Source of the DNA: a plasmid
Direction: 5' to 3' (one strand)
Sequence record: NZ_CP072388.1
DNA length: 64,000 nt
Part shown: piece by piece, positions 45,812-55,319 of the stretch
Numbering within the stretch: the first letter of the stretch is position 1
How the letters are laid out: every line of letters starts with the position of its first letter
Translations under genes and position numbers: made by a program
Notes under the pieces: generated by a model
Database searches by the model: none
What the model saw: only the letters and a program-made list of their open reading frames with translations
Told to the model about the DNA's origin: nothing

Positions 45812-47215
45812 GTGGACGCGGACGGGCGGTGGCGGATCCTGCGGCTGCATGTCGAGGACCAGGTCCCGCTCGCCGCGCTGGCCCGTCACCACGGCCTGGG
45901 AGTGCGCACGCTGGAACGCTGGCATGCCCGCTACCGCGCCGGCGGCCTGTCGGCCCTGGGCCGAGTGCCGCGGGCGGACGCGGGCGGGCATCACCTGCCG
46001 GCGGACCTCATCGCGCTAATCGAAGGGCTCGGGCTGACCCGGCCCCGCCCACCGATCGCCGCGATCCACCGGACGGTGGTGAAGGTCTGCGCCGGCACCG
46101 CGTGGCCGGTCCCGTCCTACGGCGTCGTCCGGTCGATCATCACCGCCCTGGACCCCGGCATGGTCACCCTCGCCCTCGAGGGAGCAGGCTCCTACCGGGA
46201 CAAGTACGAGCTCGCGTTGCGGCGGACGGCCGACCGCCCCAACGCGATGTGGCAGGCCGACCACACCTTGCTGGACATCGTGCTCGTCGGCACGGACGGC
46301 AAGCCGGCCCGGCCGTGGCTGACCGTCGTGATGGACGACTGCTCCCGCGCGATCTGCGGCTACACGGTCTTCTTCGGTGCGCCGTCAACGATGCACACCG
46401 CCCTGGCGCTACGGCAGGCGATCTGGCCCAAGGCCGACCCCCGGTGGCCGATGTGCGGCATCCCCGACCTGTTGTACGTCGACCACGGGTCGGACTTCAC
46501 CAGCGACCACCTGGCCCGCACCGCCGTCGACCTGCACATCCGCCTGATCCACTCCGCCGTCGCGCGACCCCAAGGGCGAGGCAAGGTCGAGCGCTTCTTC
46601 GGCACGGTCAACACCGAGCTGCTCACCACCCTGCCCGGACACCTCCACAGCGGCGCGGAGCGCTGGCCCGCGCCAGCCCTGTCCTTGGCTGACCTCGACG
46701 CCGCCGTCGGGGCGTTCGTCCTGGACTACAACGACCGCGCCCACGGCGAGCTCGGCGTCTCGCCGCGGTCGGCGTGGATCGCCGACGGCTGGCTGCCACG
46801 CCTTCCCGACAGCCTCCAGGCGCTGGACGGGCTGCTGCTGACCGTGGCCCGATCCAGGACGGTGCGCCGCGACGGCATCCACTTCCAAGGCATGCGCTAC
46901 GTCTCACCGACCCTCGCCGGCTTCGTCGGCCGCCCCGTGGTCATCCGCTACGACCCCAGAGACATCACCGAGATCCGCGTCTTCGACCACGACCAGTTCC
47001 TGTGCACCGCCGTCGATCAGGAACACCACGCCAAGCAGATCAGCCTCAAGGACGTCCAGGCCGCCCGCAACGCCCGTCGCCGCGCCCTGCGCCGAGGCAT
47101 CAACGAGCGGATCGCCGTCGTCGCCGCCCACACCCCCGACGCCCCTGCCAGGCCCGTGCCGCCGCGCGTGCCGACCGTGGCGCGGCTCAAGGTCTACAAG
47201 GAGGACCTCAGGTGA
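45812..47215 (+). CDS. tniA: TniA-like DDE transposase (Mu/Tn402/Tn7 TnsB family)
   Basis: N-terminal HTH (LAALARHHGLGVRTLERW). A DDE region follows, with WQADHT, LYVDHGSDF and a downstream E. Confidence 0.8.
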   Translation: MDADGRWRILRLHVEDQVPLAALARHHGLGVRTLERWHARYRAGGLSALGRVPRADAGGHHLPADLIALIEGLGLTRPRPPIAAIHRTVVKVCAGTAWPVPSYGVVRSIITALDPGMVTLALEGAGSYRDKYELALRRTADRPNAMWQADHTLLDIVLVGTDGKPARPWLTVVMDDCSRAICGYTVFFGAPSTMHTALALRQAIWPKADPRWPMCGIPDLLYVDHGSDFTSDHLARTAVDLHIRLIHSAVARPQGRGKVERFFGTVNTELLTTLPGHLHSGAERWPAPALSLADLDAAVGAFVLDYNDRAHGELGVSPRSAWIADGWLPRLPDSLQALDGLLLTVARSRTVRRDGIHFQGMRYVSPTLAGFVGRPVVIRYDPRDITEIRVFDHDQFLCTAVDQEHHAKQISLKDVQAARNARRRALRRGINERIAVVAAHTPDAPARPVPPRVPTVARLKVYKEDLR

Positions 47216-48030
47216 GCGAACGCTTCATCGTCACCAAGGAGCACCGCCGCTTCACCGAGTTCGCCGACTCCGTCCGGCGCGGGCGCACCATCGGGCTGTG
47301 CTTCGGGCCGGCCGGGGTCGGCAAGACCGTCTCCGCACGCCGCTACGCCCACTGGGACCAAGCCCACGAGCTGCTCACCGACTGGGGCCCGCGCTGCGAT
47401 GACGACGCCAAGATCTACGCCGCGCTGGCCAAGAACCGCACCGCCCTGTACACCCCCGGGGTCCTGACCACCCCGCGGCTGCTGCGCGAGGACCTGGACC
47501 GGATCATCACGCGCACCAGCATCTGCATCCAGCAGCACGTCGAAGCCCCCGACCGCATCCCCTTGGACCGGTGGGGCACCCGGCGCACCACCAACTACGT
47601 CCAGCTCGTCATCGTCGACGAGTCCGAACGCCTGAGCCCCACCGCGCTCGAGCTCCTACGGGACCGCTACGACCGCGACCAGATCGCCCTGATCCTCATC
47701 GGCATGCCCGGGCTGGAGAAGCAGTTCAGCCACTACCCCCAGTTCTACAGCCGCGTCGGCTTCGCCCACCAGTACCGGCCCCTGAGCACCGACGAGATGC
47801 TCTTCGTCCTCCAACGCCACTGGCGCTCCCTGGGCAAGACCCTCAACCCCGACGACTTCACCGACGCCCAGACCATCGCCGCGATCAGCCGCATCACCCG
47901 CGGCAACTTCCGCCTCCTGGAGCGACTCTTCCCCCAGATCGAACGCGTCCTGAAGATCAACGAGCTGCAGACCATCACCAACGACGTCGTCGAAGCCGCC
48001 GCCAGCACCCTCGTCATCGGAGTCAACTAA
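47212..48030 (+). CDS. tniB: TniB-like AAA+ transposition ATPase
   Basis: Walker A GPAGVGKT and Walker B LVIVDE. Typical size and position after tniA. Confidence 0.85.
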   Translation: MSERFIVTKEHRRFTEFADSVRRGRTIGLCFGPAGVGKTVSARRYAHWDQAHELLTDWGPRCDDDAKIYAALAKNRTALYTPGVLTTPRLLREDLDRIITRTSICIQQHVEAPDRIPLDRWGTRRTTNYVQLVIVDESERLSPTALELLRDRYDRDQIALILIGMPGLEKQFSHYPQFYSRVGFAHQYRPLSTDEMLFVLQRHWRSLGKTLNPDDFTDAQTIAAISRITRGNFRLLERLFPQIERVLKINELQTITNDVVEAAASTLVIGVN

Positions 48031-48100
48031 CCGTGCCCCTGAGCGGCTGAAGACCGCCGCCACTCACCGGAGAAAGTCACAGATAGAACATGTCGCAGAA

Positions 48101-48158
48101 CTAGTGTCCGAAAACCCCCGGCGTCGCAGAACGCGACCCGGGGGTTTTCGCTACCGTC
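48101..48158. promoter_or_regulatory. res-like hairpin site 2 (cgaaaacccccgg / ccgggggttttcg) with GTCGCAGAAC direct repeats
   Basis: A perfect 13-bp inverted repeat (48109-48121 and 48138-48150), followed by ctaccgtc. Sits between tniB and the second resolvase gene. Confidence 0.5.
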
Positions 48159-48164
48159 ACCGCC

Positions 48165-48735
48165 ATGGCACACACCTACGGGTACGCCCGGGTCTCCACC
48201 ACGGCGCAGAACCTCACCGCCCAGGTCGACGCGCTCACCGGCTCCGGCGGCGTCGACGAGCGGGACGTCGTCGTGGAAAAGGCCTCCGGGCCCCGCGAGG
48301 ACCGGCCCGAGCTCGCGCGGGTCCTCGCGGAGCTGCGGGAGGGGGACACCCTCGTCGTGACGAAGCTCGACCGGCTCGGCCGGTCGGCGGCGCACGTCGC
48401 GCGCCTGGTGCGCGACGTGCGCCGAGCGCGGCGTCACGCTGCGATCACTGACGGAGACCCTGGACACCTCGAGCGCGGCGGGGCGGCTCATGGTGCACGT
48501 GCTGGCCGCCGTCGCGCAGATGGAGGCCGACCTCGCACGAGAGCGCACGCTCGACGGCCTCGCGGCCGCGCGCGCCCGAGGCCGCGTAGGCGGCCGCCCG
48601 AGCGTCATGACGCCGGACCGCGTCGCGGCCGCGCGCGTCGCGCTCGCCGGTGGACAGTCCCGTGCCGCCGTCGCCCGCGCGCTCGGCGTCTCCCGAGACA
48701 CCCTCTACCGGCACCTGGCTTCGCTCGACGTATGA
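48165..48735 (+). pseudogene. Second serine resolvase gene with a +1 frameshift near position 48420
   Basis: The N-terminal frame reads MAHTYGYARVSTTAQ...VARLVRDV. The C-terminal frame (from about 48421) reads ERGVTLRSLTETLDTSSAAGRLMVHVLAAVAQMEADLARERT...HTH. One extra C in gacgtgCgccgag would restore the frame. Confidence 0.65.
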
Positions 48736-48759
48736 GTTCTTGCCCCGGGGCCGCTGACG

Positions 48760-49071
48760 TCAGGCGGGAGCCAGCAGCGCCCATGCGAGGGGCGCGGCCG
48801 CGAGCAGGGTGAGGACGATCGCCTGTCCTCGTGAGCCGGACGAGCGTGCGAGTGCGACGAGCGCGACGGCGAGTGCTGTTGCTCCGGCGGGGAGAATCAC
48901 GGCGGCAAAGTTGTCCCGGTCGCTTGTGTACACGACCACAGCGAGCAGCAGGACCACGACGTCGAGGATGAACGACGCCATCCGCCAGCGACCTCCCCGT
49001 GACCACCTCGTGGGCCCGGTTTCAGGCAGGGCGTCGCGGGTGGGAAGCGGTACCGGGTTGATCGGCATCAT
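48760..49071 (-). CDS. Hypothetical small membrane protein
   Basis: Two TM helices (ILDVVVLLLAVVVY and LAVALVALA). The start is uncertain. Confidence 0.35.
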   Translation of the reverse strand: MMPINPVPLPTRDALPETGPTRWSRGGRWRMASFILDVVVLLLAVVVYTSDRDNFAAVILPAGATALAVALVALARSSGSRGQAIVLTLLAAAPLAWALLAPA

Positions 49072-49240
49072 CGGGGGACCCCCAGAGGTCGTGTCTCGCC
49101 AGGCTACTGCCGGCACTATGTCCTCGCCTGGCGCTGAGCAACCTGCGGTGAGCGCCGCCGAGGGCTCCGATTGCGCCGGGCAACCGTGCATGTTTGCCTG
49201 AGGACGCAATCTCCAACCGAACCCATCGATTCACAAGGAC

Positions 49241-49864
49241 GTGATGAGCTTGAGCAAGTGGAGAGCAATCCCGGTCGGGTTGGCTGCGGCAGCGGTCATC
49301 ATTGGGGGACCGGTCGCGGTAGCGGGTGCCGACGTCGGCCCCGAGATCCCTGAGGAACCTGTCGAGCTCGAAGTCTCAGAACTGGAGTTCTACGACACAC
49401 CGGTGGGCGTCTCGATCGCCGCCGAGGGGCAGGCGGAGGCCGACGCCCAGGTATCCCACCTGGTGCAGAATCTCGACCCCGCGGAGGTGGACCTGCTGTC
49501 CTCAGGCGCCCCGCTCTACATCGAGGTCGACTTCAACACGCTCACCTACACCTCGGTGCAGGAGCGTCAGCCCGCGATCACCCCGTACGCCCTGACGGTC
49601 GGTGGACACTGCAACTCCGGTGGTGCGGCGAAGTCCTGCCTGTGGGGGCCACCGCCGTGGGCCCCGTACAACGGCATCGCGGTCACCGGCCACGGTGAGA
49701 CATCGAACTTCTGGGCCGGGTGGGACGCGATCGGCATGGAGGGGACCACCACGGTGAACGCGACCGTGTGCGCCGCGTACGGTCTGGGCTGCGTCCCGGT
49801 CCCGAAGAACACCTACGCCGACTTCCGCGGCACCGTCCACGTCAACAAGGTCTACCACGACTGA
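49241..49864 (+). CDS. Secreted hypothetical protein with signal peptide and four Cys
   Basis: Signal peptide MMSLSKWRAIPVGLAAAAVIIGGPVAVAGA and a Gly/Trp-rich mature part. Confidence 0.5.
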   Translation: MMSLSKWRAIPVGLAAAAVIIGGPVAVAGADVGPEIPEEPVELEVSELEFYDTPVGVSIAAEGQAEADAQVSHLVQNLDPAEVDLLSSGAPLYIEVDFNTLTYTSVQERQPAITPYALTVGGHCNSGGAAKSCLWGPPPWAPYNGIAVTGHGETSNFWAGWDAIGMEGTTTVNATVCAAYGLGCVPVPKNTYADFRGTVHVNKVYHD

Positions 49865-50023
49865 CTACTCAGCCTGACGGGGAAACCCGGCGGTCACATG
49901 GGGCGGCAGGGGCACAGAATCGGCCCTTGCCGCCCTTCGCGCGCCACGCACTTGGCTGAGCACGGCCGCCGAGTTGGAGGACCGTGGCAGAGTCGGGGCG
50001 ACGCCAAGTGAGCCGGGGGGACG

Positions 50024-50734
50024 ATGCGGTACGGGTACGTGCAGGACGAACAGGACGTGCGGTTCGTCCTCGAGGCGGCCGAGCGGGCGATCGTCGGCTA
50101 CGACGCCGATCACGCTGAACGAGCGACGGCGCGGGCGCAGGAGCGCCTCGACGCGCTGTTCGAGGGGCACGGGCCAGCGCCAGCCGCGGGCGCGATCATC
50201 GCCGCCACCGACGACACCCAGAGCGAGCTCTACGGCGCCATCGTGCTCGACACGCCGTACTACGCCGCGATCGCGGCCGCGGATCCGCACACCGCGCGCC
50301 TGTTCGCGAGCGCGCACCGCATCGTGTCGGGCCTCTTCGTCGTCGACGGCTGCCGAGGAATGGGCGTGGGAACCGGACTGCTGCGCGAGTTCGCGGCGAT
50401 GCACGCGCTCGAGGTCGGTGCTCGGTACCTGGACGGGTTCGTCGACGACCGCAACGGCAGCGCCGACTTCTACCGCCGGGCCGGGCTGACCGTGATGCCC
50501 CACAACACCGGGCTGCCGGCGCGGCGGCCGACCAACTCTCCGCTCCTGCACGTGAAGCAGGTGAACGGCCATTGGTTCTACCTGGACCTCTGGGCGCACT
50601 ACGCCGAGCGGACCCTCTGCAAGGAGTGCCGGGGAGCATTCACGTTCGTCCCCGAGGACGGGGGACAGCTCGTGTGCCCGCGGGTGCGCGTCGACGACGA
50701 CGGCCGGCGCACGCACGAGCCCGGCCCGAGCTGA
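50024..50734 (+). CDS. GNAT-family acetyltransferase-fold protein with C-terminal Cys-containing extension
   Basis: Acetyl-CoA-binding-like motif VVDGCRGMGVGTGLL. The C-terminus contains CKECRG...CP. Confidence 0.55.
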   Translation: MRYGYVQDEQDVRFVLEAAERAIVGYDADHAERATARAQERLDALFEGHGPAPAAGAIIAATDDTQSELYGAIVLDTPYYAAIAAADPHTARLFASAHRIVSGLFVVDGCRGMGVGTGLLREFAAMHALEVGARYLDGFVDDRNGSADFYRRAGLTVMPHNTGLPARRPTNSPLLHVKQVNGHWFYLDLWAHYAERTLCKECRGAFTFVPEDGGQLVCPRVRVDDDGRRTHEPGPS

Positions 50735-50846
50735 GCGAGGCCGCGAGCCCGCCGCCTCGCAGCCGGGAGTGTTCAAGGTAGGCAGCCAACCAAGTCCCAC
50801 GATTGCGTACTACACAAATGGTCAGTTCCGTAGTACGATATTCCGT

Positions 50847-51125
50847 ATGGCGATCAGGTGGACGGGCAGTGCGGACAAGCACGGGATCGCCCGTGAGGAC
50901 GCGTTGCACGCGATGTTGAACCACTACCTGGTCGTGGAGGAGTTCGACGAGCCTCGCGTCGAGGGCGCGTCTCGCCCGGACCTGTACATCGGGCCGCCGA
51001 GGCGGCTCGGGGGCGATCTGCTCGAGGTGATGGCCGAGCGGGTGCCGCCGCGGGACGTGGTGATCTTCCACGTGATGATCGCGCGGCCAAAGTTCCTGGC
51101 TCTGCTGGACAACGAAGGGGAGTGA
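50847..51125 (+). CDS. BrnT-like (DUF497-type) RelE-fold toxin
   Basis: IRWTGSADKHGIAREDALHAM resembles the BrnT N-terminal signature. ATGA overlap with the downstream RHH gene. Confidence 0.5.
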   Translation: MAIRWTGSADKHGIAREDALHAMLNHYLVVEEFDEPRVEGASRPDLYIGPPRRLGGDLLEVMAERVPPRDVVIFHVMIARPKFLALLDNEGE

Positions 51126-51472
51126 TGACGATGACCGAGAAGAAGTACGACGACCTCGCCGCGTGGGCAGAGTCCGACGCGCCGACGATCCGCCCGGGCG
51201 CCGTGGTGCGCCGGGGCACGACAGCGAGCCGCGATGCGGTGCGCGCCCTGCTCGACGACGCCGCGGAGGGCGCGCGCGACGTTGCGCTCGTGGAGCGCTC
51301 GGCCGGGCGCCCGTCGCTGGACGCGACGCCCGGCGAGTCGCCCATGTGGAAGGTCCGCGCACCGAAGCAGCTCGACGACCAGGTGCGCGCCGTCGCGGCC
51401 GCGGAGGGCCGCTCGGTCTCCGAGGTGCTGCGCGCCGCCGCCAGCGAGTACCTGAACCGCCACGCGAGCTGA
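51122..51472 (+). CDS. BrnA-like antitoxin with C-terminal ribbon-helix-helix
   Basis: C-terminus KVRAPKQLDDQVRAVAAAEGRSVSEVLRAAASEYL matches a CopG/RHH pattern. Translationally coupled to the toxin gene. Confidence 0.5.
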   Translation: MMTMTEKKYDDLAAWAESDAPTIRPGAVVRRGTTASRDAVRALLDDAAEGARDVALVERSAGRPSLDATPGESPMWKVRAPKQLDDQVRAVAAAEGRSVSEVLRAAASEYLNRHAS

Positions 51473-51482
51473 GGAGCAGCCC

Positions 51483-52022
51483 ATGACGAACGAGCCGACG
51501 AAGGCGCTCGTGTGGCCGAGCGTGGTGGCCACGGAGTTCGTGGCCGCGCGCCTGGCCGACGCGGTCGACCCGGCAGACCTCGCGGCCGCGCTGCGCGTGA
51601 TGCGCGCGGCGGCCGCGACGGACCTGCGCGACCTCGAGCGGAAGATGACGACGGACGGGCTGGGGAACCCGATCATGGCCACCGAAGAGCAGCGGCACGC
51701 GCAGGCGACCTGGTCGCAGGCAAACGACCTCATCGACCGCGCCGGTGGGTGGCGAGACCTGCTCGACCTCGCGGACTCGATCCAGCAGGTCGACGTCGTC
51801 GACGCGGAGCGGGCTCCGGTCGTCAAGGGCTTCGTGCCCGGCACCCGGGTGCGCCGGACGGACAACGGGCGCACGGGCACCGTCGACCCGGGCGCCGTCG
51901 CGGCCGACGTGCGCGCCGAGCACCCGGACATGGTCCCCGTGCAGTACGACCACGACGACGCCTGCCTCACGAGCCCGCACGTGCTCGTCGAGCTGCGCGC
52001 CGAGACGAGCGAGCGGCCGTGA
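51483..52022 (+). CDS. Hypothetical protein (179 aa)
   Basis: ORF with an RBS. No motifs. Confidence 0.4.
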   Translation: MTNEPTKALVWPSVVATEFVAARLADAVDPADLAAALRVMRAAAATDLRDLERKMTTDGLGNPIMATEEQRHAQATWSQANDLIDRAGGWRDLLDLADSIQQVDVVDAERAPVVKGFVPGTRVRRTDNGRTGTVDPGAVAADVRAEHPDMVPVQYDHDDACLTSPHVLVELRAETSERP

Positions 52023-52219
52023 TCGTCCACGGGGCCTACCAGGCCGTGCCCGAGCCGGGGGAGCCGGCCGACGGTCCCGTGCGCGAGGTCGCGGTCGAGG
52101 CCGCGACGTACGAGGGTGCGCGCGCCATGCTCTACGAGCAGGTGCGCGACGGAGAGCGACTGACCGGTATTCGAGTCGAGGGCCGTGCCGAGGAGCACGG
52201 GCAGGGGAGGACAGCATGA
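52019..52219 (+). CDS. Small hypothetical protein (66 aa)
   Basis: Overlaps the previous stop (GTGA). Followed by a 24-aa hydrophobic mini-ORF (52216-52290). Confidence 0.3.
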   Translation: MIVHGAYQAVPEPGEPADGPVREVAVEAATYEGARAMLYEQVRDGERLTGIRVEGRAEEHGQGRTA

Positions 52220-52481
52220 GCACGAACGTGACGAGCGGCGCCCTGGTCGTAGGGCTCGGGATCTTCGTCGCGGGCGTCGTCCTGTTGTAGATCGACCACA
52301 ACGCCCTTCGCGCGCGATCGCGCGCCCAGCGCGTTGACCTGCATCGACGTGTCGGCGCCGCGGCGCCGGCGGAGGTCTACGCGTTGCCGGATCGCACAAC
52401 GACCCGAGGCCGGTCCGCCCCCTGTGGTGCGGGCCGGCTTCGTCGTGTGGGTGGGGCCGGCCGGGTACGCTCACCCGCAAC

Positions 52482-52527
52482 GAACCCCGATCGCCTGCCC
52501 CCTGCGCGATCGGGGTTCGCTACGTTC
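52482..52527. terminator. Hairpin site 3 (gaaccccgatcgc / gcgatcggggttc) with a GCTACGTTCG tail, related to the res-like sites
   Basis: A perfect 13-bp inverted repeat (52482-52494 and 52506-52518). Upstream lies the 16-bp palindrome gcgcgcgatcgcgcgc at about 52305-52325. Confidence 0.5.
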
Positions 52528-52541
52528 GCGGGCCCAGCTGC

Positions 52542-52856
52542 TCACCGCCGCTCGACGGCGTCAGCCCAGAGCCAGGCCCACCCCTCGCGTCCCGCCGGGG
52601 ACACGTAGCGCACGTGGACCTGACGGCCCGCCCACGCGACGGCCTCGCCGTCGACGCGCGCCTCGCCGCTCTGGCGCTGCGTGACCCACGCCCGCACCGG
52701 GATGCCCTCGGCCGGGCGCACGATCGCCACGCCGCGCCGCGCCAGCTCGGGCGCTTCCTCGGCGTGGTCACGCATCGGGACCGTCTCGATGCCGGACGGC
52801 CAGCCGCCCGGAGGCGGACGTCGACGAGTACCCACGACACAATCGTATTCGAACAC
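52542..52856 (-). CDS. Hypothetical protein (104 aa)
   Basis: GTG start with an AAGGGA RBS. Trp/Arg-rich. No motifs. Confidence 0.35.
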   Translation of the reverse strand: MFEYDCVVGTRRRPPPGGWPSGIETVPMRDHAEEAPELARRGVAIVRPAEGIPVRAWVTQRQSGEARVDGEAVAWAGRQVHVRYVSPAGREGWAWLWADAVERR

Positions 52857-53143
52857 CAGTTCCCTTGAGCAAGTCTCGGATTCCGTTGGTACGCCGTCCC
52901 TGCCGCGTAGTTGACACTGTCCACGACGCGGAAGGGTCGGGAGCCGCCTTGCGCGCTCGGCAGCGAACAGTCGGCGCCTCCTGCTTGCCGCATGCTTCCG
53001 CGCGTCGATCGGAGGAAGGCCCGTTGTCAACATCGGTCGCGGCTTGGGCGCAGAGACATGTGCCCTCATCGAGACATCCGGTCGCGAACGACCGCACGAG
53101 TCCGCTACCTTTGCGGTGTCCGCACCTGACCTAGGGGGTTTCA

Positions 53144-54349
53144 TTGCTAGCCAATCGCCGACGAACAGCCGCAGCAATGTCTGTCTTCCTATTCAGCGTC
53201 CCTATGGGAACAGTCGGGGTCGCGACCGCTCAGACCCCTCCGGCGTCGAGCGCCGAGGCGGGCGAGCGGCTCACCATCTCCCTCCCGCACCCTGTGAGCT
53301 TGAGTGACGCGGACGAGCTCGTCAACACTCTGGGCGTCGACCCAGCCTCCTTCCGGTTCCAGCAGGCAGGGATCGAAGGCGAGTACTTCCCGTCCGCCGA
53401 GTACCCGCGCGACGCGTTTCTCAATGACTTCGCGCTTGACTTCGAAACGACGCCGCAGATCGTCTCACTTGAAGTAACCGAGCCGCCCGTCGCGAATGCA
53501 CGACAGGCCGCAGGTGACACTCTTGACCGGGCGTTAGCGATCGCAGAGAGCCTACCTGAGCACCATGCCGAGGCTCCCAGAAATCCACGAGCCGACGCTG
53601 CGTTCAAGCGCGGCGCCCTCAGGGCTCAGGAGAAAGCCGCAATTCAACCTTTCGCGAGCGGAACGCCGACTTGGGGTCCCGGCTACACCGAGATCGCTGC
53701 GATGACGGACATTAATGGCCGAGCAGTTGTCTATACCTACAACACCTGGGCGAATGGGCGCAGTCCTGGTCAACTCCACTGGGATTGGGGCATCGAAATA
53801 GATGTCTCCCAGTTTAACTACAACTACTCTGGGACAAGGCCGAGCTGCCCCTCTGGGTTCCAGAACGGATTCTTCGCCACACAAACATACCCGTCGTCGA
53901 GCGGGGTCCATTCGTGGGCCGTCTACGAAGGGTCAGATGCAAGCACGACGACGCAGATCTCGCCGTACTACGACTCCAATGCGGATCTTGACCCTTGCAA
54001 CCGGCAGTCCATGGCGATTGGCCTCGGTTCTCCTCAGGAGATTCGCATGCAGAACGGGGTCGGTTCGCTGCAGACGATCATCCGGACAAACCGTGGGAAC
54101 GTCTCCGGGAGCCCGATGTCCGCGACGGCTCAAGCGCTTTCGAATGACTGCAATGACCTCGGAATGATCGCGCAGAGCGATTGCATGGGCATCAACGTGA
54201 ACCGGCCGTTCCCTGGCCCAGGGTCTCAATCGATGCCGATCGTCGGGGCGCACCGGAACATTCGGGTGCCTACGTGCACCTTTACAACACAACCCAGCAC
54301 AGTTGTTGAGTGGAAGGAAGGAATCTCGACTGGGTGCGTGCAGCTCTAG
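53144..54349 (+). CDS. Secreted hypothetical protein (401 aa) in a lower-GC patch
   Basis: Signal peptide MSVFLFSVPMGTVGVATAQ. Nine or more Cys residues. Asn/Ser/Thr/Gln-rich, atypical for this replicon. Confidence 0.5.
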   Translation: MLANRRRTAAAMSVFLFSVPMGTVGVATAQTPPASSAEAGERLTISLPHPVSLSDADELVNTLGVDPASFRFQQAGIEGEYFPSAEYPRDAFLNDFALDFETTPQIVSLEVTEPPVANARQAAGDTLDRALAIAESLPEHHAEAPRNPRADAAFKRGALRAQEKAAIQPFASGTPTWGPGYTEIAAMTDINGRAVVYTYNTWANGRSPGQLHWDWGIEIDVSQFNYNYSGTRPSCPSGFQNGFFATQTYPSSSGVHSWAVYEGSDASTTTQISPYYDSNADLDPCNRQSMAIGLGSPQEIRMQNGVGSLQTIIRTNRGNVSGSPMSATAQALSNDCNDLGMIAQSDCMGINVNRPFPGPGSQSMPIVGAHRNIRVPTCTFTTQPSTVVEWKEGISTGCVQL

Positions 54350-54735
54350 TCGACGACTGAAGAGCAATTGCGGCCTGTCGCCGATCCGGCGACAGGCCGC
54401 ATCTTCTTGCCTGCATATAATGCGACGACCACCGCACCGCCAATTGCCGCAACCGACAGGCACGCTAGCGTAACCTGCCGCGCAGGTGCCGCGAGAACAA
54501 AGATCTGGCTCACGTCACCCTCGACACCCGGCCATTCACAACGCAACGTCGCGTCACGCCAACTCACTTCGGCTCTGATCGGCAGGTCCTGTATTGCCCC
54601 GGCAGTGCTTTGTGAATGTCGGTCGAGGCACGCGCCTTCAACACCGTCTCCCGCCCGAAGTGCCGCGTATGTTGGGAATAGTAGGGCAACCAGGGATGCG
54701 AGCGACACCAATGTGAGCACAATGGCGATCGACAT
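54346..54735 (-). CDS. Hypothetical membrane protein
   Basis: Two TM helices. Lower-GC context. Confidence 0.35.
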   Translation of the reverse strand: MSIAIVLTLVSLASLVALLFPTYAALRAGDGVEGACLDRHSQSTAGAIQDLPIRAEVSWRDATLRCEWPGVEGDVSQIFVLAAPARQVTLACLSVAAIGGAVVVALYAGKKMRPVAGSATGRNCSSVVD

Positions 54736-54905
54736 CCTCGCGCTTATCTCGTTCAAGAACGCTCCCCTCGCGCGGACGGGCAGACGGATGGACGGACTGT
54801 CGTCATACACATCCTAGGTCTACGACGGGGACCGTCATTCGATCAGCCTCTGTCTACGGGCCTTGCCGGAGCTGACTCCCGTGGTGATGGTCCAGAGCAT
54901 GCGCC

Positions 54906-55319
54906 TCACCCCCCGGGGGTGAGGTCACCGACACGTGAGGCGGTGCACTGTGCGGCGCGAAGTTCACCGTGCAAGCTCGCGATCTGGAGGCGCAGGTCGC
55001 GGTTCTGTCGTGTCAGCTCGGTGATCCGGACGTGGGCGAGTTCGAGTCGGCGACGCATGGACTCGGCCGTGGCTGGGGTGATGGTGGTACCCATGCGTGG
55101 TCGGGCCCTTCCGTCACGGGCCGCGTGGATCGCGTCCAGCAGGTCGGGTTGGGTGTAGACCCAGGATCGAGTGACCTGGGCAGTGCGGGCGAGGAGAGAG
55201 ACGTTCGGGGGCCGATCGCTGGCCTGCAGCACTCGGAGGGCTTCGTCGGCGCGGGCACGGGTGTCGCGGGCTCGGCGCTGGGCTGCGGCGCGTAGGTGGT
55301 GGGTGTTGTCAGCCCTCAT
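54906..55319 (-). CDS. tnpC: Tn554-family TnpC-like small protein (DUF6262-like)
   Basis: 137-aa coiled-coil protein immediately downstream of two tyrosine recombinase genes, as in Tn554-type units. ATGA overlap with tnpB. Confidence 0.55.
   Translation of the reverse strand: MRADNTHHLRAAAQRRARDTRARADEALRVLQASDRPPNVSLLARTAQVTRSWVYTQPDLLDAIHAARDGRARPRMGTTITPATAESMRRRLELAHVRITELTRQNRDLRLQIASLHGELRAAQCTASRVGDLTPGG

Noticed and set aside
45812-48030. Interpreting the two-gene transposition module as IS21 (istA and istB)
   Set aside because: The flanking serine resolvases and res-like sites, the TniB-type Walker motifs and the TniA N-terminal pattern fit a Tn402/Tn5053-like tni module better. 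Without terminal inverted repeats this remains a family-level call only.
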